The notes beneath the pieces were generated by a model, which saw nothing but the letters and a program-made list of their open reading frames with translations, searched no databases and was not told the DNA's origin. A stretch of 30,877 nucleotides of DNA. Origin: Octopus sinensis (lineage: Eukaryota). Where the stretch lies: NCBI RefSeq assembly GCF_006345805.1, contig NW_021832366.1, forward strand, positions 1 through 30,877, written 5' to 3'. Below are positions 1 through 11,627 of this stretch, in pieces. The first letter of the stretch is position 1; each line of letters starts with the position of its first letter. The position numbers and the translations under genes were made by a program.

Positions 1-66
1 TGCCTCGGAGTTCGATTTTACCTTTTATCCTTTCAAGGTCGATAAAGTACTAGTTGAGCAAACTGA
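1..66 (+). mobile_element. Degenerate fragment of the SINE-A core, cut by the window edge
   Basis: TTTTACCTTTTATCCTTTCAAGGTCGATAAAGTACTAG aligns by eye to the core CTTTGCCTTTCATCCTTTCGGGGTCGATAAATAAGTACCAG of the full copies in this window. Confidence 0.6.
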
Positions 67-494
67 AAATCTTTTGCTAAAATTAGAAAGAATTTTTAGC
101 TATTACCGAATAGTTATTATGGTTTTTATTGTTCGTATTACCTTTTATTTTTGGTTCATCCTTTCTGAAATAGAATTTAATTTCGGTACCTTTCCCCCAT
201 TCCCTTTAATCTTCTCGTTGGAATATTATTCTGGGCTTTTCTTGCAAGTAGCATCTGATGACGATGTGTTGTATCAAATTACGACACTCTTTTCCTGTTA
301 GATTACCGTACACAACCTCTAACTATCAGCGTTATTTCTTGTTACAGTCGGTCGGATTGCTTTGGATCATAGGTCTTCCTGACTTCTGAGTTATGTGGTA
401 CGGAACAACAACGATAGCAACGATGACGACGACGGCGACAACAGCAACAACAGCCACAACGGCGACTCGGAGGATATCATTTCACAACATCATA

Positions 495-929
495 GGATCT
501 TTTCGGTTTGAACGGCAGTTTTTTAAAATAATTTCCTCGTAACTAAACACTTTTAAACTTCGTATACTGGTAGAATGTGTTTATAAAACATCTTTTTCTC
601 TTGGCTTTATTGAGAAAATTCTATGGTTTGTAAGATATTTGTTGTTTTTTTTTCTTCAATTTCTGCATTTCTAACCAATCAATGACGTCTATTGAGGTGA
701 AAACATTCTGTGCCGTATGAATATGTTCCTCGTTTAAGAAACAGATTGGGTTTATTTGCATTTCTGAAGAAAAAAAAGATACCCTTCCCTCCACCCCTAA
801 TCCTAACCCTAACTAGCCCTAACCCTAAAACAGATTGAAATGCAATAGATCGATACTAGGGTCATAATTATAGGTGACAATTTCATATGACACCGCTAGA
901 AAAAACTGCCGTTCAAACCGAAAAGATCC
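495..929. mobile_element. MITE (non-autonomous DNA transposon) with perfect 30-bp terminal inverted repeats
   Basis: GGATCTTTTCGGTTTGAACGGCAGTTTTTT (495-524) is the exact reverse complement of 900-929. The interior is non-coding and has CCCTAA-like repeats at 795-828. Confidence 0.85.
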
Positions 930-1045
930 CATTTAACATCATATAACAGAAGTACTCTCGAAGATAGTAACAACACGGCTTCCTCATGCTGGTTATTTCC
1001 TCCGAGTCAGCAGAGCTGAATACATTCAAATTTTAACCACCAGCC

Positions 1046-1047
<2 letters not shown>

Positions 1048-1088
<41 letters not shown>

Positions 1089-1138
1089 TGCATGCGTACG
1101 CACACTTATGGAGAAAGAAAGAGAGAGAGAGAGAGGGA
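1048..1138. repeat. (CA)n microsatellite followed by a GA-rich tract
   Basis: Direct reading: (AC)n at 1048-1086 and (GA)n at about 1120-1136. Confidence 0.95.
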
Positions 1139-1654
1139 GCGGTTTGGGTCGGGATAGAAAATAATCGCTTTATTATTATTCTCAAACGTTTTGGTTAATA
1201 TTGAGTCAAATATTTTCTGATTATATAACAGAATGAGAAAGGGTGCACATCAAACGTAACTCGTTTAAATTTTAAATTCAAAATTACATTAACAGCTCAG
1301 GGTTTGTTTTTTCTTTCTTTCATTTTTTGCCGATACAGTCCCTCGCTAGCTTCATCGGACCTCGAGCTTTCCTTAGTTTCTTTTTCTTTTTTCGTTTCTT
1401 TTTTTTTTTTCTTTTTTTTTTGTCTGCTGTTTAAATTTTAGTTTGAAATCACGTAATTGATTGAATACATCATTGAAAGGAAACAGTCATTGTTCTTTAT
1501 GTATTTTTAATATTAATTTGCAATTATTCTTCATTACTTCTAATTATAATTTGTATTATAATAATGATTTCTCACTGAGACACAAAGCCGCAGTTATTAT
1601 AAAGAGAAAGAATAAAGTCGATTATAGCTGATTCACAGTATATTACTGGTAAAT

Positions 1655-2072
1655 GAAAGTGGCGAGCTGGCAGAAATGTTAGCACGCCGGGTGAAATGCT
1701 TTGCGCTATTTCGTCTGCCGTTACGTTCTGAGTTCAAATTCCACCGAGGTCGACTTTGCCTTTCATCCTTTCGGAGTCGATTAAATAAGTACCAGTTACG
1801 CACTGGGGTCGATATAATCGACTTAATCCGTCTGTCTGTCCTTGTTTGTCCTCTCTGTGTTTAGCCCCTTGTGGGTAGTAATGAAATAGGTATTTCGTCT
1901 GCTGTTACGTTCTGAGTTCAAATTCCGCCGAGGTCGAGTTTGCCTTCCATCATTTCGGAGTCGATATATAAAGTACCAGTTACGCACTGGGGTCGATGTA
2001 ATCGACTTCATCCCTTTGTCTGTCCTTGTTTGTTTCCTCTATGTTTAGTTCCTAGTGGGTAATAAAGAAATA
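1655..2072 (+). mobile_element. tRNA-derived SINE-A, dimeric (head plus two tandem ~184-bp bodies), with 16-bp TSD
   Basis: Head GGCGAGCTGGCAGAAATGTTAGC (A-box-like) and B-box-like GAGTTCAAATTCC. The body repeats from TATTTCGTCTG at 1707 and 1891. TSD TATATTACTGGTAAAT at 1639-1654 and 2073-2088. Confidence 0.9.
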
Positions 2073-2699
2073 TATATTACTGGTAAATATTTTATCGATC
2101 CCAGAAGAATGACTAAATTCAACCTGAAGTGATTTGCAGACAGAACTAAGGGAAACAGAACTAAATTCTAAAAAGCTTAGTCTGTGGTGAGTCATGATGT
2201 TTAGGGTATTTGGCTAACGATTGTCACGTCGTGTGGACCAATCTCCGAAAAGAGCAGCGCGGTTTGTACATGAGTTTGTCCTTCATCGTGCGTTGCTTCG
2301 GTCCACGATCTCATGTAGACATAGGTTCTCTCTCTCTCTCTTTCTTTCACACACGTAAACACGTGCGCGCATATTTTAAATAAGAGCAAGCTTATCCACG
2401 CATACACACATGTAGATACTGATCTATGTACACATCAATTAATTGAGATAGCAAAACCCTAAGACATCCTTGATTTTGCGGGTAACCAACTTTAATTCTG
2501 TAAAGGGATATAAATAAATCCAAAAGAAAAAAACTGTTATATATACATACACACATACGTACAGACATGAAAATTTAGAACACCTTATGTATGCTGCAGC
2601 ATCATACATGATTCATATAGAATAGTCCACGGTTTAATATATGACATGTACCTCTGTCACTGAAATATTAATTCACAAATGGTAACAGAAGATACCAAT

Positions 2700-2805
2700 G
2701 GAATAAGTACCAGTCATAGAAGTAAGCAATGGGGTCGATGTGTTTGACTCAACCCCTTCAAGATAATGCCCAATGTGGCCGCAGTCCAATGACTGAAACA
2801 CAGTG
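2700..2805 (+). mobile_element. 3' part (C module) of the composite B/C SINE, degenerate
   Basis: AATAAGTACCAG...TGGGGTCGATG...TGGCCGCAGTCCAATGACTGAAAC matches the reverse complement of 19921-20030. Confidence 0.65.
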
Positions 2806-3677
2806 CTTGTTGGTAGTAACAAAGCTTCTAAAATGGAAAGAGAAATTTGAAGGATTGCTTTGGTACAACGGTAGAATGTCTGTCACGTTTACAGAAGTTG
2901 TGGGTTTCAATCCCTTGCGCAGTCTCCCACTTTTTCCACTCATGGGCTTTTAAGCCCAATATTTACATGCTATTATTTAAAGCGTTATTTACTTCGAGTT
3001 CCACCGCTCAAAACGATTTATTCCATGTCTCTCGAAGTTTCTAAATTCCTATAAGTGTGTACGTGTGTATGTATGTATGTATGTGTGTGTGTGTGCTTGT
3101 ATGTAGGAAGACGATAATATACCTATAATTTACAAGCGTCGATTCCAATAGATTAGACAGCCACCACAACCCATAAAATGTCAAGTAGAGTCCAAATAAT
3201 GGGTAAGCAATATCTATTTTGAAAGTAAAATGGAAGATACTGCCTTTTTAATTCATAGTGATACGTTACAGCCACGAGGAAGGAAGTAAAAAACAAAAAC
3301 AAAAAGATTAAAACGTAAAGTATTCGTTGCAAAAGGTGGATATTACAGTTCATTGCTTAGAAAGAATTCAGGGAATAGCTCAGACTTTATAATATTTATC
3401 TAGAAACAAACGTGGAAGACAAATTCTTAATTGCTTGTGCTTTACGTCAAATTAGATGATGCTTTGTACGTAATGAAAACTCACTCGGTTGGAAATAATA
3501 ATACCCATTTGTCTGCCTGGTAAAGTGTGTGTTACATGCACATGCGTAATGGTCTTTAAGCAATTTTTATTTCCTTTCAGTTCTAATTTCTTTTTCTTAG
3601 AAACTATTTGCAGCTGCACAAGCAGTGAATTAGTATAATTCGAAACGTGTTGACACTCCCACCGTGAAAAGAAAGGA

Positions 3678-4431
3678 GTGTAAGCGTGTAGCTTCGTGGA
3701 TAGAATATTCGGCTCAGGATTGTAATGTCTTGAGTTCGATACCAGGCAACGCGTTATGTACTTGAATAAGACACTTTATTTCACATTGCTCCAGTCTACT
3801 CAGCTGGCGAAAGTGAGTAGTACCTATTTCTTTACTACCCACAAGGGGCTAAACACAGAGAGGACAAACAAGGACAGACAAACGGGTTAAGTCGATTATA
3901 TCGACTCCAGTGCGTAACTGGTACTTAATTTATCGACCCCGAAAGGATGAAAGGTAAAGTCGACCTCGGCAGAATTTGAACTCAGAACGTAGCGGCAGAC
4001 GAAATACCTATTTCTTTATTACCCACAAGGGGCTAAACATAGAGGGGACAAACAAGGACAGATAAACGGGTTAAGTCGATTATATCGACCCCAGTGCGTA
4101 ACTGGTACTTATTTAATCGACCCCGAAAGGATGAAAGGCAAAGTCGACCTCGGCGGAATTTGAACCCAGAACGTAACGGCAGACAAAATACCGCTAAGCA
4201 TTTCGCCCGACGTGCTAACACTTCTGCTAGCTCGCCGCCTTAAAGTGAGTAGTACCAATATGTCAAAAGGCCAGCCTTGTCACAATCTGTGTCATGCTGA
4301 ATCTCCCTGAGACTACGCTAAAAGTACGTGTGTTCTGTGGAGTACTCAGCCGCTTGCACGTTAATTTCATGACCAGGCTGTTCCAGTGATTGGATCAACT
4401 AGAATACTCCTCATCGTAACAACGGAGAGCC
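3678..4431 (+). mobile_element. tRNA-derived SINE-D, split by a nested SINE-A insertion (host parts 3678-3824 and 4257-4431)
   Basis: B-box-like GAGTTCGATACC and body GACACTTTATTTCACATTGCTCCAGTCTACTCAGCTGG. The two halves join colinearly with the unsplit copy at 9193-9459. Confidence 0.85.
3825..4241 (-). mobile_element. Dimeric SINE-A with 15-bp TSD, nested in SINE-D
   Basis: Near-copy of 1655-2072 in reverse orientation with a 184-bp internal period. TSD AAAGTGAGTAGTACC at 3810-3824 and 4242-4256. Confidence 0.92.
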
Positions 4432-4654
4432 TGTTTTCAATAGATAGGATATCGGCTTATCATACGATGGATTAAACAGTTCGAATTTAACCACATGCAG
4501 TGTCTTAGTCATCTTATAATCCAATCCTCGCATGTGATATTTTTGTTGCTTTTTACCATCGTTTATACTTAGTAGCGAGTTTATTTAGCTACCGTTAAAA
4601 AGGTACACTTTATTACTGCGAAGGTGAGATGAACAAATGTATAGTGTATCAAAT

Positions 4655-4995
4655 TCCTCGCTCGAATTCTTTGCTAAAAACAGGTTGGAGATCCATTGCT
4701 CTGTTTCGTGAGAAAATGTGTGCGTGCATGCGAGTATGTATGTATGTATGTATGTATGTATGTATGTATGTATGTATGTATGTATGTATGTATGCATGTA
4801 TGTATGTATGTATGTATGTATGTATGTATGAATGTATGTATGTATGTATATGACGAGCGCTCAGAAGTTCCGCCTACCAAATTGGACCGGAAACTATAGT
4901 AGAAAGCACTACTCCAACGAAATGCGCCGTGAGATTGAACCCGAAGCCATGTGGTTGCAGAGCAAGTTTCTTAACAACATAGCCATGTCCATGCC
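4655..4995 (-). mobile_element. Old, degenerate composite B/C SINE with internal (TATG)n (about 4734-4851)
   Basis: TATAGTAGAAAGCAC...GATTGAACCCGAAGCCATGTGGTTG...CATAGCCATGTCCATGCCT aligns to the head of the 19921-20357 copy. The microsatellite is at the homologous position. Confidence 0.65.
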
Positions 4996-5426
4996 TGTGG
5001 ACATCAATTATCGTGGGTAGTTTAAGTGGATCATTTGGAGCATGCAAGTGAACGCGATATTTCATCTCGCTCAAGATTTTACGTAAACATAAAGTGCAGA
5101 GGTGACCCTGCTGCTGTGAACAGAACTGAGACAGATTCCGACAAAAGGAACGGGTCGTAGGTTTATTCAGATTAATAGTACCGTTCTTTAAACACCCCGT
5201 AGTGATATACGCCTGTGATACGATGCTTTGCGTCATTCATTTCTCAAGCACTGCATGATTCAGGGTTAGGAATCAGAGTTGTTGGCTCTTACATCAAGAA
5301 GGTTAAATTTTAACCTTACAGACTAAGGAAACAGTCAACATAAATTTATAATTTCATATTGTTGCTGAAAGTAATTCTAACGTATGAAGTTCTTGGTAAA
5401 AGGAACGTGAACTCGGCTGCTGAAGC

Positions 5427-5427
<1 letters not shown>

Positions 5428-5504
<77 letters not shown>

Positions 5505-5660
5505 ATCTATCGATATATATATATATATATATATATTGCACGTGGCTACAAACAAGCCCATGCATAATTTACAAATATCTGTATCTAAGTGTATGCATGT
5601 GTGTGTGCGTGTAAGCATGCGTGTGTGTGCGTGTAAGCACGCGTGTGTGTGCGTATAAGC
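5428..5660. repeat. (ATCT)n, (AT)n and degenerate (GT/GC)n tracts
   Basis: Direct reading. Confidence 0.95.
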
Positions 5661-6194
5661 ACGCGTGTATGTGCGCGTGTGTTTACGACCGCCTTTTACT
5701 AATATGCTGGCCACTCTTACCATGACTGCCTTCAAAGCCATTTATCATGGTTAACTTTGAATTTTCTTTGAACTATGACAGTCTGGATAGTTGATCTTCT
5801 GTTCTTCTTAGACATGCTGACTACATTATTCCCCTTTTTATCTTTTCCTCTTCATTTCACAGAAAATATGAAAATACTAGCCCTTCCTTTTCTTAATTGT
5901 TATAAAAAGAATTTTCGCTTTATATTATTATTATTATACACAGATGTATCCTAGCCCTGACAATCAACTTATGCTGGTATATAGCGTGGAATCGAATAAC
6001 GATATTCCTCTGAAAAGCTGGTGGTTCAACTCTGCTATGCAATCATTTACGCAATGATTATCACATAATGTACCATTGTTTGCTAGTGGAACACGTGTAA
6101 GTTTAAGTAGTTCATGATGTTGCAATGAAATCACTTTAATTTTCCTATGTTTTCTACTTTCGTGTGTGTGTGTGTGTGTGTGTGTGTATAAGGT

Positions 6195-6434
6195 AGGAGA
6201 GTCCAGTTTGTTGGACATTGTTCTAGAGCTGAAAAAGAAGTAATTTCTACTCTTTCCTCTGGAAGCCATCTACTCGCAATACCAGAGGGCGCACACTCTC
6301 CTACCTGATGTAATCTCCAGGGATACAGGCATCAGCAACAGGACCTCCGTAATGCCATGATGACCGTGAAGTCTGGCGTAGCATGGTAAATTCCATTGTC
6401 TCGACCACGGTCGAACAATGATTATAATGATGAT
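6195..6434 (+). mobile_element. RTE-clade LINE 3' end, frameshifted pseudogenic ORF C-terminus
   Basis: Across frameshifts it reads RRVQFVGHCSRAEKEVIST-LWKPSTRNTRGRTLSY-DVISRDTGI-QQDLRNAMM-REVWRSMVNSIVSTTVEQ*. This fits the RTE C-terminal pattern (R..F.GH..R, LW.P, RGR, D+GL, AM.DR..WR). A short (ATG)-type tail follows. Confidence 0.75.
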
Positions 6435-6471
6435 GTGTGTGTATAGATATATATATATGTGTGTGAATTCT

Positions 6472-6527
<56 letters not shown>

Positions 6528-6534
6528 ATAATTC

Positions 6535-6710
6535 ACAGAAAAAAAACAAAGGACGAAACCAGGTGGTGTTGACAACAAACAGATGTATTAGTATAACACT
6601 CGGGAAATGAAAAAAGTCTTTAACATTTCGAGTTTACGCTCTTCCACAGAAAGGAACACAGAAAGAAGCAAGGAGAGAAAATAAAGAATGTGTAGTGGCT
6701 AACGATCTAC
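6535..6710 (-). mobile_element. Dispersed repeat fragment with a degenerate hammerhead-like core, possibly a Penelope-type pseudo-LTR
   Basis: The minus strand at 6616-6654 reads CTTT-CTGTGGA-A-GAG CGTAAA CTC-GAAA-TGTT-AAAG. It is bordered by (TA)n at 6474-6524. The core is non-canonical. Confidence 0.35.
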
Positions 6711-7169
6711 ATACAAAACAGTGAGTACATATAATATACAAGTCAATGTCGTACATGAATCATACAATTTATCAACAGATATATCATCATATGTATCCAG
6801 TGCAAATCAAAACGAGAATTTCTACTTACAAACTCGAGTAAACCGAACGAAATATAGGCGCATTAATTATTCAGGACCCCTTTTACCTAACGCTAGCAGC
6901 ACAATGTTACCTACGCACTGCAACCAGTTATAAAAGTGCAGTTCACATATTTCCTGTCTAATTACATGCGTACTGTAGGTAATGAGCAGAGGGAGTGCTG
7001 TATAATTAACGCGCTCATAGGTAATTTGGATTGCTTGAGGGGTGTTCCGTTAAAATTATTGCGCTGACATTCGAAAGGTACCTGTGGTGGATTATCCTTT
7101 AATGTGAATCGTGTAAAATGGTGCTTCGTATAGAAGTGTAGAGGGTAACTCAATTATTCCTCTGTATAT

Positions 7170-7179
7170 GGTTATTATA

Positions 7180-7237
<58 letters not shown>

Positions 7238-7252
7238 CACACACACACAACA

Positions 7253-7293
<41 letters not shown>

Positions 7294-7322
7294 TTATATA
7301 TTATATATATATATAATATATA
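7170..7322. repeat. Compound (ATT)n-(CA)n-(TA)n microsatellite
   Basis: Direct reading. Confidence 0.95.
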
Positions 7323-7521
7323 TAAAACATTATTGGTGAAGTGAAGAAATGGAGCTGAACGCAGATTGAACAGAAAATCGTTTATTTCATTCTACACGTG
7401 TTTCGAAAGGCACAAATTACCAAAATCCGATTGAATTCTTTACTGCTGTGATTTTTGCTACTAAGGTATCGGTTAAACTGTTGATTAATCTACTACAAGA
7501 TTATTCATCTTTCTATTTCAC

Positions 7522-8272
<751 letters not shown>

Positions 8273-8627
8273 AGAGGTAACTACGCTGTATAGCTGTTGT
8301 ATCTCAAGATGGAGGTGCAATTAATTGTGCTTGCCTGCGGATTGCATTCATATTTCATTTCGCATAAAAAGAAAAATAATTTTTTAATGACATTTCCAGA
8401 AGAACAACCTCAATTTAAAGTTTAAATATTATAAAACAAAATAAAATATGAAATGATGATGCAGAGTAAAGCGAACAAAATTTTAATGCGTATGTTTTCG
8501 TAGACTAAATTCGGTAGAATGTTGGATCGTTGATTGAAGAATTGCCTGTTCGTATCATGTCAACAATCTTATATTTTCTGAATGCTTGTAATTCTGTTTA
8601 TTTAGCTGTAAAACAGTTTTTAAGTAA

Positions 8628-8818
8628 CAGTGAACTGGTATAATCAGTGAATTGGTATAATCGTTAGGACGCCGAACAAACTACTTAACCGCCTTTCTTT
8701 CTGGCATTAAGTACTGGGTTCAAATTCCGCCGAAGTCGACTTCTCTTTACACCCTATTGTAGTCGATAAAATCAGCCCCTTTTCTGCTTCAAAAATTTCA
8801 GACTGTGGGCCTAAAGTA
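8628..8818 (+). mobile_element. Degenerate SINE-A (short-tail subtype) with a 17-bp tandem duplication in the head
   Basis: CAGTGAACTGGTATAAT followed by CAGTGAATTGGTATAAT, then CGTTAG, GGGTTCAAATTCCGCCGAAGTCGAC and the AAAATTTCAG..GGCC tail. Confidence 0.65.
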
Positions 8819-9192
8819 GGCGGGGAGGATCGGGTGGAAGCATTTGTAAATTAGTAAAACGAATAATATGAATTAGTCTTGATATAGAAATAGCGGAAAG
8901 TTTGTTTGAGTAAACGGCGATAAGTATTTGTCCACACTCAAATGAAAATTTTAATCTGAAGTGGATCAGCTCTGTATATATAACAGCTATTAATTGCATG
9001 ATTATGAAGACCCCTTTTGGTAAAGATTAACGAGAGGTAAATAGACAATTATTTTGTTTTCAGTTCATTTCACCCATCATCAAAACGAATCAGTTGTGAA
9101 ATAGCTGTGTATTCTTGTCAGTAGCTAGATATAAGTACAAGACAGGGCTGGTCTCCATTGGAAGAAGCTTTCCAGGCTAATTACCATTTAGC

Positions 9193-9459
9193 GTGAAGGT
9201 TTTTGGGTTTGTGGTTAGGGTGTTCGGCTCACAATCGTAAAGCCGCGAGTTCGATATCAACACTTTATTTTTCTCTCATTGCTCCAGTCTACTCAGCTGG
9301 CAAAAATGAGCTATACCTGCAATTCAAAAGGGGCCAGCCTTGTCACGTTTAGGGTACGCATGTCTGTGGAGTATCCAACCACTTTCACGTTAATTTCACG
9401 AGCAAGTTCTTCCGTTGATAGGATCAAATGGAACACGTCGTTGTAACCGACGGAGTGCC
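9193..9459 (+). mobile_element. SINE-D copy with internal deletions
   Basis: Head GTGAAGG...GTGGTTAGGGTGTTCGGCTCAC and GAGTTCGATATC. Shares TTGCTCCAGTCTACTCAGCTGG and GGCCAGCCTTGTCAC with 3678-4431. Confidence 0.85.
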
Positions 9460-10271
9460 GATTAAATGGAGTATAAGAAACAAACTTTTGAATCGCATCT
9501 TTCACGAGCTGTTAGATACATCCTTAGACAAAAATATCTTTAATGCAAATTAGCTTTGTCCATCTGAGTGAATACTGGTTTCTTTTACTAAACACAATAC
9601 CTTGCAGCCTTCTATTGAAAGAATTCTACCGAGGCGTATAGGGTATAAAGGCAAATTTTCGCATCACGTTATTCATGACCAGTTCGTTTTATCCATCGTC
9701 AAAAATAATTATAATCTAAAATAACTCAGTTCGCTTGATTGTAGATAGATGTCTCTCGACCAGTAGATGTCGCTGAAGTAAGTAGAGTGAACTCGCCTGA
9801 GGGAGTGGAACACACCACAACCACCAATATCACCACCATCACCACCGTTACCATCAACAACATAACTTTACTCAATGGACTCACTTAACTACATTACCTT
9901 ATTTTTCTCAAAGTTTGCTAATCTAGTTTGCATTCAAACTATGGTGACGACACTATAGTAACCTATTTCTCTGAGCGTATCGGTGTTTAGATGTTGGTTT
10001 TGGTGGTGGTAGTGGAGGGTCGAGAACTATTAGTCTGTCTCTTTTTTTCTCTCTCGGGCATTAGTGGCTTTTGGCGGGGTATTCGCGAAAACAACAATGA
10101 AATTAAGTAACGAATACTAAATGTTGATACGGATAAACAGGAAAGCTATTTACGTAGATCTGTGTGTTTTTGTGTGTATACGTGTGTATGCATGGATGTG
10201 TATTTGTGCGCATGTGTACATCTGTTTGTAGATGCACGCATATACACACAAACACACACAAGCACACACTA

Positions 10272-10314
<43 letters not shown>

Positions 10315-10367
10315 TGTGTGTGCTCGCGTGTGTGTACGTGTACGTAAGAATGTATGTATTGAGAAAG

Positions 10368-10401
10368 AAAGAAAGAATAAGAAGAGAGAAAGAAAGAAGA
10401 C

Positions 10402-10445
<44 letters not shown>

Positions 10446-10634
10446 AAAAAGAAAGAAAGAAAGAAAGAAAGAGAGAAAGAAATGAAGAAAGAAAGAAGAG
10501 GGAAAAGAGAAGGCAGAATAAAAACAAGATTAGAAGAGCGGAAGGAAGAGAAAAAGAGGGCAGAATGAAAGAGAAATCTATAAGATGGAAAGACAAACAG
10601 ACAGACAACAGACAGACAGACAGACAGACAGACA
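10368..10634. repeat. Polypurine (GAAA)n tract and (CAGA)n
   Basis: Direct reading. It explains the K/E/R-rich and S/F/L-rich ORFs. Confidence 0.95.
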
Positions 10635-11406
10635 AAGAGCCCATGAGAAGAGAGAAAATGAGAGACAAAATGGGAGTAAATGTGTAAAAGACTTCGATTT
10701 TGTTGCTAAATAAAAGCTGGGCTGCTCGAACTGTTACAAATTCCATCAGAATATCTCTTTGGCCAAATGGCACCACAATTTTCTTTATTTATCTTTGTTT
10801 TCGTCATCTAGAAAAATCTAGAAAATACTGTTACATTAGTAATATCTCACAGTGTATCCCTTGCACTAAAAGGTTTTCATGCTGCAAAGCCATAATTCAC
10901 ACTGAACGCCATCTTTCTTTCCTCCTCCTCCACCTCCTCCATTTCTCGTTCTTCTTGTTCTTCCGTTAATTTTCGCAATGGAATATCCTAAGCTCGCCTT
11001 TCTTAATCAACTTCAAATCTTGGTGTTTGCTTTCAAGTCAACAGGGGAGGTTGTGGTGGTGGTCGTGCTGTTACTGGTACTGATTTTAGTAACGTTCGTA
11101 TAGTTGTTGTTACTGTTGTTGTTGTTGCTGTCGGTTTTCATGATGGTGTCGTTGTTGTGACATTAGCTCTATGGTCAGCTTCAATTCAGACGACCTATCT
11201 ATGATTAAAAGCATTCGATACTATAATCTTTAAGACATAGTGTAACTGGGACTACATTATCTAATGTCTTCTCCTTTTAAGACGACAGGGTAAGATTTGA
11301 AGAAGATTTAGCTCTTAATTCTAACACAGCGATCCATCGCACATGGTTTATCCTCTTTGGTTCGATAATATTGATGCTATTGTTATTGATATATATTCTT
11401 TTTAAT

Positions 11407-11618
11407 GCGGTGAGCTAGCAGAATCGTTAGCGCGCCGAACAAAATGCTTACCCGCATTTTGTCCGTCTTTACGTTCTGAGTACAAATCCTTCCGGTGTCG
11501 ACTTTACCTTTCATTCCTTTCAGGGTCGATAAGATAAGTACCAGTTGTGTACTGGTGTCGATATAATCGACTTACCCGCTTCCCTGACATTACTGGCCTT
11601 GTGCTAAAATTTGAAATC
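11407..11618 (+). mobile_element. Monomeric SINE-A, short-tail subtype
   Basis: GCGGTGAGCTAGCAGAATCGTTAGC head, full core, and tail CTGGCCTTGTGCTAAAATTTGAAATC. Confidence 0.85.
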
Positions 11619-11627
11619 GATGCTTAT

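Noticed and set aside
4995-5240. Minus-strand ORF 4874-5236 with CTLC and His residues
   Set aside because: It runs into a SINE remnant, has no recognisable domain and has no convincing splice pair.
5300-5318. Short palindrome AAGGTTAAA-T-TTTAACCTT
   Set aside because: An AT-rich 9-bp arm is expected by chance at this window size.
10812-10915. CIPCTKRFSCCKAIIHTERH resembling a C2H2 zinc finger
   Set aside because: The Cys-His spacing is one residue short, it is a single isolated motif, and there is no linker or splice donor.
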